In this document: piece after piece, positions 39,070-50,231 of the stretch | Numbering within the stretch: position 1 is the stretch's first letter | How the letters are laid out: each line of letters starts with the position of its first letter | Assembly: GCA_008632985.1 (NCBI GenBank) | Contig: QPGO01000004.1 | Location: 248,001-312,000, forward strand | Length of the DNA stretch: 64,000 nt | Source: Psammoneis japonica | Taxonomy: Eukaryota | Direction: 5' to 3' | Notes under the pieces: model-generated | Seen by the model: the letters and a program-made list of their open reading frames with translations, nothing else | Told to the model about the DNA's origin: nothing | The model's database searches: none | Translations under genes and position numbers: made by a program

Positions 39070-39816
39070 ATGATGAAACTCTTCACTCTATCTTCGTTCA
39101 CCATGACGGTTGCTGTCGCTACCGCAGCTTATTCCGGAAACGGTGGACAACGCTCCTTATTTCGCAAACGCTCTGGCTACTTCCAGGTGGATCAGCGCGA
39201 TATCAAGATGGACGAAACGCGAGGACTTGAAGGGTAGGTGTCTGCGTTAAATAGTGTGTGTCAAAATGTAAGAGTGTTGTCGAAGTTGACTCTAACTTGA
39301 TCAATCTTTGCTTTTTCATATAGTCTATTGTTTGACCTGGAGGGTGATATCCTGTCTACCATGTCCCTTTCGCTTTCTATGAGTATGTCCATGAGTTATG
39401 GACCCGTAGCAGTCACCATGGAACCTACATATTCAGCAACTCCGTCGTTGGCCCCGTCCCTCTCTCCTACTGCGATCAAGTCAGGCGTCACGTCTGCGCC
39501 TGTCACCTCGAATGCTCCCTCGTTGGCTCCTTCTGTTCCTGTCTCTGAAGCACCTTCATTCCCCCCTTCTCAGAACCCCGACGATGATTTGGTTCTGACG
39601 GCTACAAGGCCTGCCGATGGCACAAACAGAAATGTGAACCCATTGACAATTGGTGCTGTGGTTGCTGTCGGCGCAGCGGGTATTATGGGTGTCGGTGTTT
39701 GGTTAGTTGCTCGACGTTCTCGAGAGAAGAATGTCGCCGTTGTCGCCGATATGTCTCTTGCTCCAGTGTCAATTTTGTCGGACGACCAGTCGGTGATTGG
39801 TGGGGCCTCGGTTTAA
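39070..39816 (+). CDS. Small single-pass protein (signal, RGL, SMSMSMS, PS/PT-rich, TM); exons 39070-39233, 39324-39816
   Basis: gtaggt...tag intron joins MMKLFTL...TRGLEG to LLFDLEG in frame; TM TIGAVVAVGAAGIMGVGVWLVA followed by RRSR. Confidence 0.85.
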
Positions 39817-40602
39817 ACCAATTCCGGTCTATTGATATTCTTGTCGACTGTGATTCCTCAGCAGACATTGGCCAATTGGAGAGTGCTCCGCTCGCTTTTT
39901 GTTGAGGCTTTTTTTAAGTGATTATGTTGATCTCCTTAAAAAGAAAATAGAACTTTGTGTTTGTATCAAAACTGCTCGTTGACTGAATTTCATGGGATGG
40001 GATCACGTTATTTCAACTAAGCATTTGCTGCCAAGGGCACAACAGCGTGTGTACCGTAGGTTGTTTCGCTCTCTAGAGTCCATATCCGGTCTATCTACTG
40101 TGCTCTTTCTAAATTGAGCTTAGTACAGTCACGACTCTAGAGTAGTAGCGAGAGAGTACAGTACGGTTGAGCAGAGCAACTTGCAGACCTCCCGACTTGG
40201 GAGTGCGAGCAGAGCAACATTAGTAGTCATGGTTGTGTCGTGACAGGTAAGTGTCAGTTGAGATCGCGACCTACCATCATGAACGCTGAACGCGGATTCC
40301 GATGAATGCTCGTGACTGCTACAGTGTTGCTAAGAGGTACCGGTAGCCGCTACAGGCAGTGTTGATTGATTCGACTCTTGATCATTCTTGCTTGGGCCAC
40401 GACCGGACCTTCAATAAGTACGACTGTACAGTAGTACCGAAAGCTTACGTAGCACCTACGTAGTTTCCGCGGATCGAGTCTTGGGTTCGGAAACGGCAGT
40501 CCTGCTCACATTTCTGTCACCACGAGCCGAATCGCGTTTTCTGTGGCCTTGGCCACGAGCACGTTCATAAAACAAAAAACAAAACAAAGCGGACCAATCA
40601 AA

Positions 40603-41230
40603 ATGAAGTTATACCCAATCAGCATAGGAGGAAGCATCTGTTGCATGGCCATCCATTACGCCGTCGCAGATGATGTTGAATTCGGAAGAAAGGCACATCC
40701 TCCAGAGCTGACGCGTCGTCGAAACAGTCTTGTCAGAGTCGGAGATGCAAGCGAGAGAAGAATGCTCGACTTATTGAAGTGAGTGATAAAGCGCGGTGTG
40801 GTGTGATACGAGTTTTGCTGGTGTGGAAGCGATGATGAGAGCATACGACTCACCGGCCGCAATTTCTTTCTCTATGTACAGGTTGGAAGAGGAGCTAGAA
40901 GAAAACGAGAGAATCTTTGACGAGATCTTTGCGCAGTCTATGTCCATGAGTTTTGATTTCGAGCAACCCACTTCACCAGGACCACCATCCTTAGAAACCG
41001 AATCTCCAACGCAGTTGGCAGAAACACAACTTCCAACGATAGTAGACAAGGAAGGGGACTCTCTTGGATCACTGCCCCCGACAATACCTCCAACAAAAAT
41101 TACCACCACAGAGTTGGAAGAACAGAGCGGAAATAACAAAGCTTCATCCTCTAGCAATATAGCCGCAGGGTGCTTCTTTGGGGCTTTTATTGGGATAGTG
41201 GTATGTGTTGGTCTATTGGTGGGGGTATGA
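40603..41230 (+). CDS. Small membrane-anchored protein (signal, RRML, SMSMS, PT-rich, C-terminal hydrophobic helix); exons 40603-40778, 40882-41230
   Basis: gtgagt...cag intron joins RRMLDLLK to LEEELEE in frame; ends in a hydrophobic segment (TM or GPI signal). Confidence 0.8.
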
Positions 41231-41414
41231 GTGGCTGGTTTCATAAACTGTGCATTTTAGACATTCACGGGTGGCGGGCCAATCGTTTTTAGTTAGTAAC
41301 CCATCATAGAGACTTGATTCTGAGGTGGCGTAGATAAATCATAGAGATTAATTAGATGGACTCCATGAGTGCCGCACAGATTGCGCCTCGAATTCTTACA
41401 TTTGCTTTCTCTTC

Positions 41415-41670
41415 TCTAGAGCCAAGCTACCATCACGAGCAGAGAGGCAGAGAGGTGATCAAGCCTCTACTCTAGCTAGAGGTAGTAGAGAGTACTCTCT
41501 ACTCTTGTTACTAGTCTAGTAGTCTCTAGCAGAGAAAAGCTACTCTCACGACTAGAGAGTCTTAGAGGTGATCAAGCCTCTACTCTAGCTACTAGAGGTA
41601 GTAGAGAGTACTCTCTACTCTTGCTACTAGAGTCTCTAGCTAGAGTAGCTAGAGTAGAGAGAGAGCTACC
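41415..41670. repeat. CTAG/TAG-rich low-complexity spacer containing a ~70-bp duplication
   Basis: agaggtgatcaagcctctactctagcta...ggtagtagagagtactctctactcttg at ~41451 and ~41564. Confidence 0.85.
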
Positions 41671-41974
41671 CCAGTCGCAGTTAGTTCATAGTCCATAGTC
41701 CCCGTCAAAACGCAATCACGCACGGGATCGCCACGGCGGTCAGACGCGATGGACGGATAGATGCATAGCGAGCATGGCTGGATACAACGCCGCAGAAGAA
41801 TCATCGACTTGAAGCATCCATCAGTGGTAGCCATTTCCATTGTTTGACTAGTTGTTAGCACGAACCATCTGTCTGTCGAAATTTTTTTTTGTACGTGAAA
41901 GAGAAAGGAGCCCCATGTACTGAGTACGGTACGCTATACGACTGGTGATCTCTCGATTCGCAACTTTGTTGAAC

Positions 41975-44437
41975 ATGTCTTTGATTCGGGTAATACTCCT
42001 GGCATTCATAATTCTTCCATGCAACGGGTTTCAAAACGGCAATTTCAAGTCACGAGATTTTCCTGCAGCATATTCTTTATGCCAGAAACGAAGATCCTCG
42101 CTCGGAGTTGTTGCCGCAGAGCCATCTCGCAACCCCATACCTCCATCGGGCAGACAACAAAGTTCTCGACAACGTAGATCTTCCAAGAAACAAGGAAAAT
42201 TGAATAACTCGCGACGACGCCATTCTCGGGAAAGCTCTGATGATCGATGGAAACAAGCGAAACAGACTGAAAAACAGTTGATCTATTCCTTGGACCGAAT
42301 GCAGGATGTGGTAAAGAACAGCAAAGGCTTTTCTGTGGCTTTCCCGTCGGTTCGAGACTGTAATGCTGCGTTGGCAGCATTTGGAGATCGTGGAGAGCTG
42401 CTTAGGGCGCTGCGTCTCTTTGTTAAGATGCGAAAGGCTGTTTCATTGGCGCAGTATTCCCTGAAAAAGGATGACCAAAGTTTTGCGTGGCGTGTTCCTG
42501 CTCCAACCCTTGTCACGTACTCAACTCTAATGTCACGTGCCGTCCAGGCAAGAAAGCCGCAAGTGGCACTTCGACTGTGGCGACTGATGACCATGCAAAC
42601 CGAATTCTTCTCAAATTGGAAAAACAAAGAATCACTGGCTGTCTCGCATTCTGATTTTATTTCGGACCCAATTGTCCCAGATGTCAAGGCTGCAAACATT
42701 TTGATGAATGCTTACGCGAAACTTGCGGATGTTCACTCTTCGCAGAATTTGCTTAGTCAAATGTTGCATGGAAATGGAACCGATGTGCCGAAAATGCAAC
42801 CCAATCTAGTCACATACAATACATTGCTAGATGCCTGTCACAAAGCTGGCGAATTGGACCATGCGTTGGCTGTAAAGCAACAACTTGAGGGCTCGGGGTT
42901 GATTCCGGACGCCCGAACGTACACCAGCCTCATTGCTACTGTAGCCCGAAAACCTAGTGCAGTTAGTGGGGCTTACGATCCGACCATGGCATTTAGCTTT
43001 CTACAAGAAATGTTTGCCCGTGGTATCAGACCAAACGGAATGACGTATTGTGCTCTCATTGATGTTTGTGGTCGTTGTAGACGAAGCGACCTGGCGTTAA
43101 AGGGGCTTCGTATAATGCTCCGACAAAAGAATAAGGAACAGCGAAGGATAAGTCAACGTGCTAATGGTGATGCTTCTCCGAAGAACTACACTCTGGTAAA
43201 CGAAGTCGGCGCTTGGACAGCGGCCATTGATGCATGTGGGAAAGCTGCACGGTTGAAAACGGCTCTTCGTTTGTTTAATGCTATGCCAAATTTTGGCGTG
43301 AAACCGAACACTATCACTTGTGGATGCCTCACAGATTCCCTCCTACGTGGCGGGCGCACCGCTGAAACATTGGATGTGCTACGATACATGAAACGAGAGG
43401 GCATTGTACCCAGTGAAGTCATGTACACTTCTCTCATGGCAAGTGCCGGGAGGCTTGCACAGGCAGAAAACAAACTGCAGTGGCAGGATGAATTAAGGAA
43501 CAGACAGCAAAATCAACAAGTAAATGATGATGCCATACAAGATGAGCTCTCGGTCGACCCCGGTGGAACGAAAGCAATACAGGTGTACACGGAACTGATG
43601 ACTACGCTGATGCGCCAGACCAACAGTCAAGACTCGGCGCAACAGTACGGAAAATCTCGCGAATCACAGAGCCTCGCCAATTACAAGGGTCGGGCTGTAG
43701 AGGACGCAAACACTCTTCTGGTGAAGGTGTTTCTTGTGTTTCAGGAAATGAAAGCCGCAGACACGCAACCTGACCTGGCATGCTATAATACCCTAATGCG
43801 GGCTTGTGCCAGGGCTGGAGATGTGAAACGGGCAAAAGACGTGCTAACCTTAATTTGTGCCGATGGTCTAGATCCCAACGATGCCACTTGGAGGGAAAGG
43901 ATACGAGCGGCAGGCAAGATCAGACGTAGCGACCTTGCCACAGATATTTGGAAAGAAGGACTTCAGTACAGAGGCTCTGATGATTCTTCGTCCAAACAAT
44001 GGAAACCCAGTGCTGTGTCCTTTGGAGCATTGGTATCGGCATATTTGCGTCATGCGACCTCTCTTGATCCTAGAGTACATCTGAAGAGCAAGCAGAAGCT
44101 GTATGAAACAGTGATTTCCATGTATCAATCTACAGGTGACTGTGACCATCTAGTAGACGGTGCAGTCCCATGTCCTGTGGATAGGGAGCAGCTGCATCAA
44201 TGTCAGCGAACGATGCTTCTCATTCTTCGCGCCGTCGTTTCGTTGGAGCATCTATGCGCCAGAAACCAAGGCACAACAGGGACAGATCCTGAACAAATAC
44301 TACATCTCCAAGAGATCGGTCGATCAATTGTATCTCTACCTTGTTTCCAAGACGAAGGGCTTGCGCTACCTTTTCGTGACGGTGCCTCCTTGAACGCGCT
44401 ACATCGCGCCAGAACTTGGATGTCAGTGAATCGATGA
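41975..44437 (+). CDS. Pentatricopeptide repeat protein, probably plastid-targeted
   Basis: Repeated PPR motifs (PNLVTYNTLLDAC, PDARTYTSLI, PNGMTYCALIDVCGR, PDLACYNTLMRAC); signal peptide followed by F (CNG-FQN) and an R/S-rich transit region. Confidence 0.95.
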   Translation: MSLIRVILLAFIILPCNGFQNGNFKSRDFPAAYSLCQKRRSSLGVVAAEPSRNPIPPSGRQQSSRQRRSSKKQGKLNNSRRRHSRESSDDRWKQAKQTEKQLIYSLDRMQDVVKNSKGFSVAFPSVRDCNAALAAFGDRGELLRALRLFVKMRKAVSLAQYSLKKDDQSFAWRVPAPTLVTYSTLMSRAVQARKPQVALRLWRLMTMQTEFFSNWKNKESLAVSHSDFISDPIVPDVKAANILMNAYAKLADVHSSQNLLSQMLHGNGTDVPKMQPNLVTYNTLLDACHKAGELDHALAVKQQLEGSGLIPDARTYTSLIATVARKPSAVSGAYDPTMAFSFLQEMFARGIRPNGMTYCALIDVCGRCRRSDLALKGLRIMLRQKNKEQRRISQRANGDASPKNYTLVNEVGAWTAAIDACGKAARLKTALRLFNAMPNFGVKPNTITCGCLTDSLLRGGRTAETLDVLRYMKREGIVPSEVMYTSLMASAGRLAQAENKLQWQDELRNRQQNQQVNDDAIQDELSVDPGGTKAIQVYTELMTTLMRQTNSQDSAQQYGKSRESQSLANYKGRAVEDANTLLVKVFLVFQEMKAADTQPDLACYNTLMRACARAGDVKRAKDVLTLICADGLDPNDATWRERIRAAGKIRRSDLATDIWKEGLQYRGSDDSSSKQWKPSAVSFGALVSAYLRHATSLDPRVHLKSKQKLYETVISMYQSTGDCDHLVDGAVPCPVDREQLHQCQRTMLLILRAVVSLEHLCARNQGTTGTDPEQILHLQEIGRSIVSLPCFQDEGLALPFRDGASLNALHRARTWMSVNR

Positions 44438-44539
44438 TCTCTGGTCAGCTAGACTATAGCAGACACACACGCAGAACACAGATAAATCCAGAAAGCAGCC
44501 GTCCCTATTTCATTCACTCTCATCGCTCTATAGCATCTA

Positions 44540-45431
44540 TTATTTGTATAGAATGTCATAGTGCCCCGGTCGGTACAACAGCGTCACATGGGTTGGCTTT
44601 GCTGAACCCGCAGCACTGTCGCTCGTTGGTCCAAAGTCATGCTTCGACAATTGATCTTTGAAGTCGTGCCCATCCAAATATTCGATGGATACCGCAACAC
44701 CCATAGTTTCTGCAAGTGCAAGTACCTGGATCATCGTACATTCCTTTCCCATTGGTTCTACTTCGCGTGAGCAAAAGGTGGGAATGTCCAAGTGGCCATC
44801 CTCCATGAATCCCATGAACCGATCCGGATCTGCCTTCAAATGGCACGCCACCAAAACGCGCAAGTACCAAGTACAGTAGTCACTCGTAGCGTTCTCTTCA
44901 TTCAGTTTGGCATGAACTTCCTCTTGAGTTGTCGTTGATTTTTCCAGTGATTCGATCAATTCAACTAGTTCCTCGTGAAACATCTCAACGGCAAATCGAT
45001 CATACCCGTGTTTTGTTACCACATCCTCTATGGAATTCTTGACTATTGTGCCCGGAAAGAAGGTGGGAGAAACAAACTCAGCGATAGAGATTCGGCCATA
45101 TCAAAAAATCCACTTTTAAAGAGCCTTACCAAGCGTTTTGATTCGTTCCAACTCCTTTGTATGCTCCTGCTTCTGCAAGTGCTCACAGAGACTGTAGAGA
45201 AAGGCCCGATAATAGCAGTTTCCGTCACCTCGAACCGTCTCATTTGTTTGTATTTTCCGCAAAGATACACGACACCCCGATCAAAATTACTATCAACCTC
45301 GTAAGAAGAACGCAATGATGAAATCGAGACCAACTCGGAAGTAAAACCTGCGTGGTCTTGATATGGGTTTCAATCGCCTCCAGCGCGGCTTCTTGTTGAA
45401 GATGCTTTTCATACTCTTCATTTTTTGTCAT
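44540..45431 (-). CDS. Otubain-family deubiquitinase (peptidase C65); intron 45043-45129; two apparent 1-bp deletions in exon 1
   Basis: VRGDGNCYYRAFLY (catalytic Cys, in a shifted frame at ~45235), FCSREVEPMGKE, LLYRPGHYDILY (catalytic His). Frameshifts near 45340 and 45237. Confidence 0.9.
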
Positions 45432-45614
45432 TTTCGAAATATGCACACTTATCCGATGTCAGCCTTGGTTGTCCTCCGATACCTTTCGCGTGGCTCTATC
45501 GGCTTGTTGCATGCAGTGGGACCTTGTTTGTGGAGTGCGGCTGACAACGGAGAAAGGCGTCTTTGCGATGCGATTTGGCTTGTGGTTTTCTCGCGCAGCG
45601 TTCGCGAGAAACTC

Positions 45615-46741
45615 CTGGGCGATCCAGGAAACTTCGAAGTTTCGAAAAATATTTAAGAGATTCCTAATTCCTATCAATATATCTCTACGTGGACCTCGTG
45701 TAGGATGGACAAAAGCTTCGAACATTGTAAAATTTCTTTCTCTATTGCCCTTTATACTGCCCCAAAGAAAGTTCGAAGTGTTCGAAGTTGTTCGAAGTGT
45801 TCGAATACTTCGAACACTTCGAAGTACTTCGAACACTTTCGAAGTTTATAATTCATAAATAAAAGTAAGGCAGGGAGACGAATGATGATGTCACGATGAC
45901 ATCCGTAGCCGAATGATGTACGTAGGTATAGGTACTGCTGGTAGTACACGCGCGATGCGGTACCGGTAGGTATGATATCTCACGTTGTTGTTTTGTGCTC
46001 TCTTCTACTACTCGAGTCTCGAGCATCTACCGGCATCAATGAGATGATGAGATACGGTACGTACAATCGAAGCGACAAGTACAGGCAGCTACGAGATGTA
46101 CTACAAGCTTATTACGCGCGCTTGTGGCTCAGAGTAGGCCTACGTAGGTTTTCTACGCCAAAGCACGACAAAACAACACGTGAATCCTTTGCCGTCGTTC
46201 ATTTGTCAACCACGAAGAATTACCAATCCAATGAGACATATATGATCCGCAAGTACCTCATTGATATAGCTGTACCCAAATGGCTTGGTAACTATTCCGG
46301 GTGGGCCCGAACTCGTTCGACGGAACGTGTCATCGTGGTGGTGTCGCGTGCCAAAAATCGGTGGTCGTCAATTCGTAATGATATATAAATGACTAAATAA
46401 ATAATTAAAATTCAACTTGTTCGAACACTTCGAACTTGTTCGAATAAGTTCGAACTTTGTTCGAATAAGTTCGAAGTGACCAAAAGGGCAATATGAAAAG
46501 TTCGAACAATAAGTGACTCAAATCAAAATCTTTGGAGGGCAATATGTTTGCGACAAAAATTCGAACACTTCGAACAATATTCGAAAGCTTCGAACACACA
46601 ACATATTTGTTCGAACTTTTATCTATTGCCCCTTGTTTATAAAGTACCAACAACCTACGAGCTCTGCACGTAGAATAATTTGCAGAAATGTCATGGAATA
46701 TGGAATCTTTCGAAGTCTTCGAAGTTTCCTGGATCGCCCTG
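45615..46741. mobile_element. Non-autonomous TIR element (MITE-like) with subterminal TTCGAA arrays
   Basis: ~33-bp terminal inverted repeats c(t/a)gggcgatccaggaaacttcgaag(t/a)(t/c)ttcgaaa; many TTCGAA copies at 45715-45845 and 46420-46620; repeated TATTGCCC motif; no coding capacity; no TSD recognised. Confidence 0.75.
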
Positions 46742-47031
46742 GCGCGCAAAGTTCACTTTTTCTCATACTAACTGATTTCAAACATTCAATTCTGTATGCC
46801 TTATTTAGAATTTTTAGCAAAGTTTTCCGTTGAAATATTTGGAATACCCTAAATTTATGAAGAATAAACCCATGTTTAAAGTAACTTCTGCGTGACGCTG
46901 GCACCAACCAAAATTTCAAAATCGGAGGCGCCGCGTTTTCACGGCTTTGATGACCTCAACACACGCTTACGGATGGCATATGTAAGTTTCGTTCCATCAG
47001 CGTCTACAACAACATCCCAAGGCAGGTAAAC

Positions 47032-48474
47032 ATGCCATGTACAACCATGATTGCAAGAGGAAAGCCTCGCAGAGCTTGTGTCTTACTGATACTCTTCGGA
47101 GTCTTGTGCGACGGAGCTGAAGTCAACGTGGCAAAACGGGTTTCGTCACTGAACCTTCACGCAATTAACTCGAACGGCAGGTAGGTCTTATTCTAGTATC
47201 GTTCGCTGATCTATTCAGACAAGAGCGTCGTCTAGAGAGAACACTCTTTTCTTTCTCCCTCTTCTACAGTATTTGCTTGCGTTGTCGATTGTTCATTGTC
47301 GAACGGGTGGGCTTCGGGTCCAGACCGCGACTTGACCAATTTTTCGTTAATTATGTTTCTTAGCGTTGTATACAATCATCTTCTTTTTGCATTTTGAATT
47401 TGCTTTCATGCTCGGTTATGATCATTATCATGTATACTATTCATGTATTCATTAGAAAGAAGAATGAGATTTTTCTGCTCACATATTTTTTGGGCGGCGC
47501 GAAAGGACCTAACCTGGTGGTCCGTTTATCCTATTCCTTTCTGATACACCATTGGCCTGACGAGGCATTGTGCATACTTGACGTTTGGAACTGTCAATTT
47601 GAGTTTACGTCGGTAGAAACTGATCAAGTTTATCTCCAATGCTTTGTTTCTCTACTTTCACAGACGTTTGAATGATCTCTTCGCTCGTGGCCCCGGACCA
47701 CGCCCAGTGCCATCCTCGGTACAATCACCGGGACCTTCCCAAGAAGGATCAGGTCAGGAGATGCCGCTAGATAATGCCCCTTCCAGCAAGGAGAAAATAA
47801 CTGCGGGAGGCATCACTGCTATTACGTTGTTTGTCTTTTTCTTCCTCCTTTGCCTTTCTCTCCTTTTCTGCCATCGAAAGAAAAAGCAGCCAGAGGTGTA
47901 CTCAGACACCAAGTCGACTGGCTCTTCCACTCACGCCGACGAAAACAGTCACTACACGGCATGCGATATCAATGACTTGGGACGTACTCACAGTAAACTG
48001 GACGTTCACCAGTGTGCTAGTGCGACATGCCAAGCGTGCAATCATCGTCTTTTACTTTCAGAGATTGCAGCGTCCTCGCATCATCAAGAAGGTGATTCAG
48101 TTGTTTTCTTGAAAGCTGCTTCTAAACATGGAGCTGCACAGTGTCTGGCGAATTTGGATATGCCCGAATCTTCAGACTCGTTTATCGGCAGTCAGATAGT
48201 GAAAGAGGATGAAAGCGAATGTGCTGATTCCGCGGATGGTGGCGCTACTGCTGCGGTGGTAACAGAGAATAGTGGGGTGGAAGAAATTTCTCCCCAAGAG
48301 GTAGACGATGCTATAGACCTTGGCCTCTCAGAGAGCGACTTGAACGAAGCTGAATATGTTCAAGACGAAGTGGAGGAGGGCATGTTCGACAGCCAGGAAA
48401 TACCGCTTGGTGGGGAGTTAGATGTGAGCGAGAAACCAAAGTCCTCGCGATGGCGCCGCTTTCGACGGGGTTGA
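47032..48474 (+). CDS. Single-pass membrane protein with cytosolic DVHxCxSxxCxxC motif; exons 47032-47180, 47664-48474
   Basis: Hydrophobic leader ACVLLILFGVLCDG; gtaggt...cag intron yields GRRLNDLF; TM ITAITLFVFFFLLCLSLLFC followed by HRKKK; acidic tail. Exon 1 assignment is inferred. Confidence 0.75.
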
Positions 48475-49056
48475 ACTACACGACGCACGGCTGGATGAAC
48501 AGCATTCGGGAGGAAATGTGTTGCGGTACTTGCTTGGGAGTTAATGCGAGCATTAACTCCGATGGGTGGATAGCAAGGCACGATATACCATGGGGAATCG
48601 CTATGTACATAAGACGATGAGCAATCAGTCCGTGCGTCAAATCTAGTTAGCGACCACGATACGTCATTTCACGAAAGAACTTCACGCAGATTCTGATTAG
48701 TTATATAAATCCTTAAGTTTCATTCTACGCACTCTATCTACTCTACAGTAGCTAGCTACTAGCTAGCTAGAGTCGCTCTCAGGAGTAGCCCGAAGCGTGA
48801 TAGGGTTGACGTGGGAAAAGGAAAGCCGCTTTTCATCATCTTCTTAAGCTACCAGGACAGAGGAGCAGACTGTCGCGTGAGTTCTACTACTGCTGTGTAT
48901 TTTTTATTTACTTTCGTATTGATTGCTTGATTGATTAGACTATATATTATTTTGATTCTGACACCGTCACCACTCGCTTTGTCGACAACATCGACTTGCA
49001 CCCTCAACTTCCTTTGTACCGAGGAAGGGAAGAAAAGAGAACAGATCCTCATCAGT

Positions 49057-50110
49057 ATGTGGCGATGGAGCAGAACGACAAGAAGGGCGCTCTCGGCAAG
49101 GAGAAGCGGCTTCGGCCTGAGTTCCTTTGCTTCAAATAATCAACGCTGTTGTTTGTCGTCGTCACCCGCTTCAGGGAAAAAGCCTGTTGTTGTGTCTCGG
49201 CGCGCTTGGGAGGCACACAAAAAGAAACACGCTGCTCCTGTTTCAGCCGCTCCAAAGAAAGCAAAGGAAGAATCTAAGCCATGGCCTCGAAATTTCAGAT
49301 TGCGGGGTATGTTGCAGCACTGTTGGGAATCCCATATTCTGTGCTGTGGTTTGTATCATCCAATAAGGGCATTCGCGACAAACTTGCCGACCGTTTCCCG
49401 AGTCTAAATGATCGCTTGAGGAGCCACTTTGGTTCACCGGAATTCGACGAGTTTAGTTATGTCGATATCAAGGATGAGAAGATGACGCCCCATCAGGTTC
49501 TTGCCGATGAATGGCCGTACAAAGTACGACAACAGCAAGAAGAAACAGAAAGGTTAAACGAAGAATCTATTCCGGTACGATTATCTCTGCTTCAGAAAGA
49601 GGAAGGGTCTCAGCATCAACCTCTAGTTACGTTGCCCCCAAAGAATGTTTCTGGAAGCCTTCCTGCGACTCAGAATGCGTTGCTTGGGTTGGCGGAGGCA
49701 TCAAGAGACTACATGGTCGATTCAAGTAGCACCCAGGAAAACTTGCTGGTGGCTGTGGACTTTCAAGATGTTTCTTCTCCTGCAGAGGATGATACAAGAA
49801 ACGAGGCTGAACTCGCTTTCTCTGACAGTACCAGTACCCAAAATGAGTCACTTCAGCTGGTGCGAAGCCAACCTATCAACAGGAATTGTATTCGTCGTGG
49901 TTCTACCAACCAGATAAGCCGGCAGCCACAAACCAGAGGATGTCTGATCAAGACGTACAGATTTCTAGATTGGAATACGAGATCGAACGTCTTAAAGCTG
50001 ACCTAAAGGACGTCAATTGCACTCGAAATGTTGATGATATGCAACGGGAGTTGAAAGAGGCCAAAGCAGAGTTACGGAGTATTGTTTGGAAACGACGATT
50101 ACGCATGTGA
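49057..50110 (+). CDS. Unknown protein, probably mitochondrial (R/S-rich presequence, one TM, C-terminal coiled coil); two apparent frameshifts
   Basis: Three overlapping ORFs chain into one plausible protein with shifts near 49292 (aattt run) and ~49870. Confidence 0.7.
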
Positions 50111-50231
50111 CCGGAGGTCCGAGTAAAAAAATATGATAGTCCCAGGTGGATTGTATTTGCTAATGGTGAAATGTAAGAATGAGACTAGACCGTTTATAAG
50201 TACCGGTATAATTGTTCCCTAAACGACACCT

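Noticed and set aside
45715..46620. TTCGAA arrays as a CRISPR array or heat-shock elements
   Set aside because: No unique spacers or cas genes; spacing does not fit GAAnnTTC; better explained as subterminal repeats.
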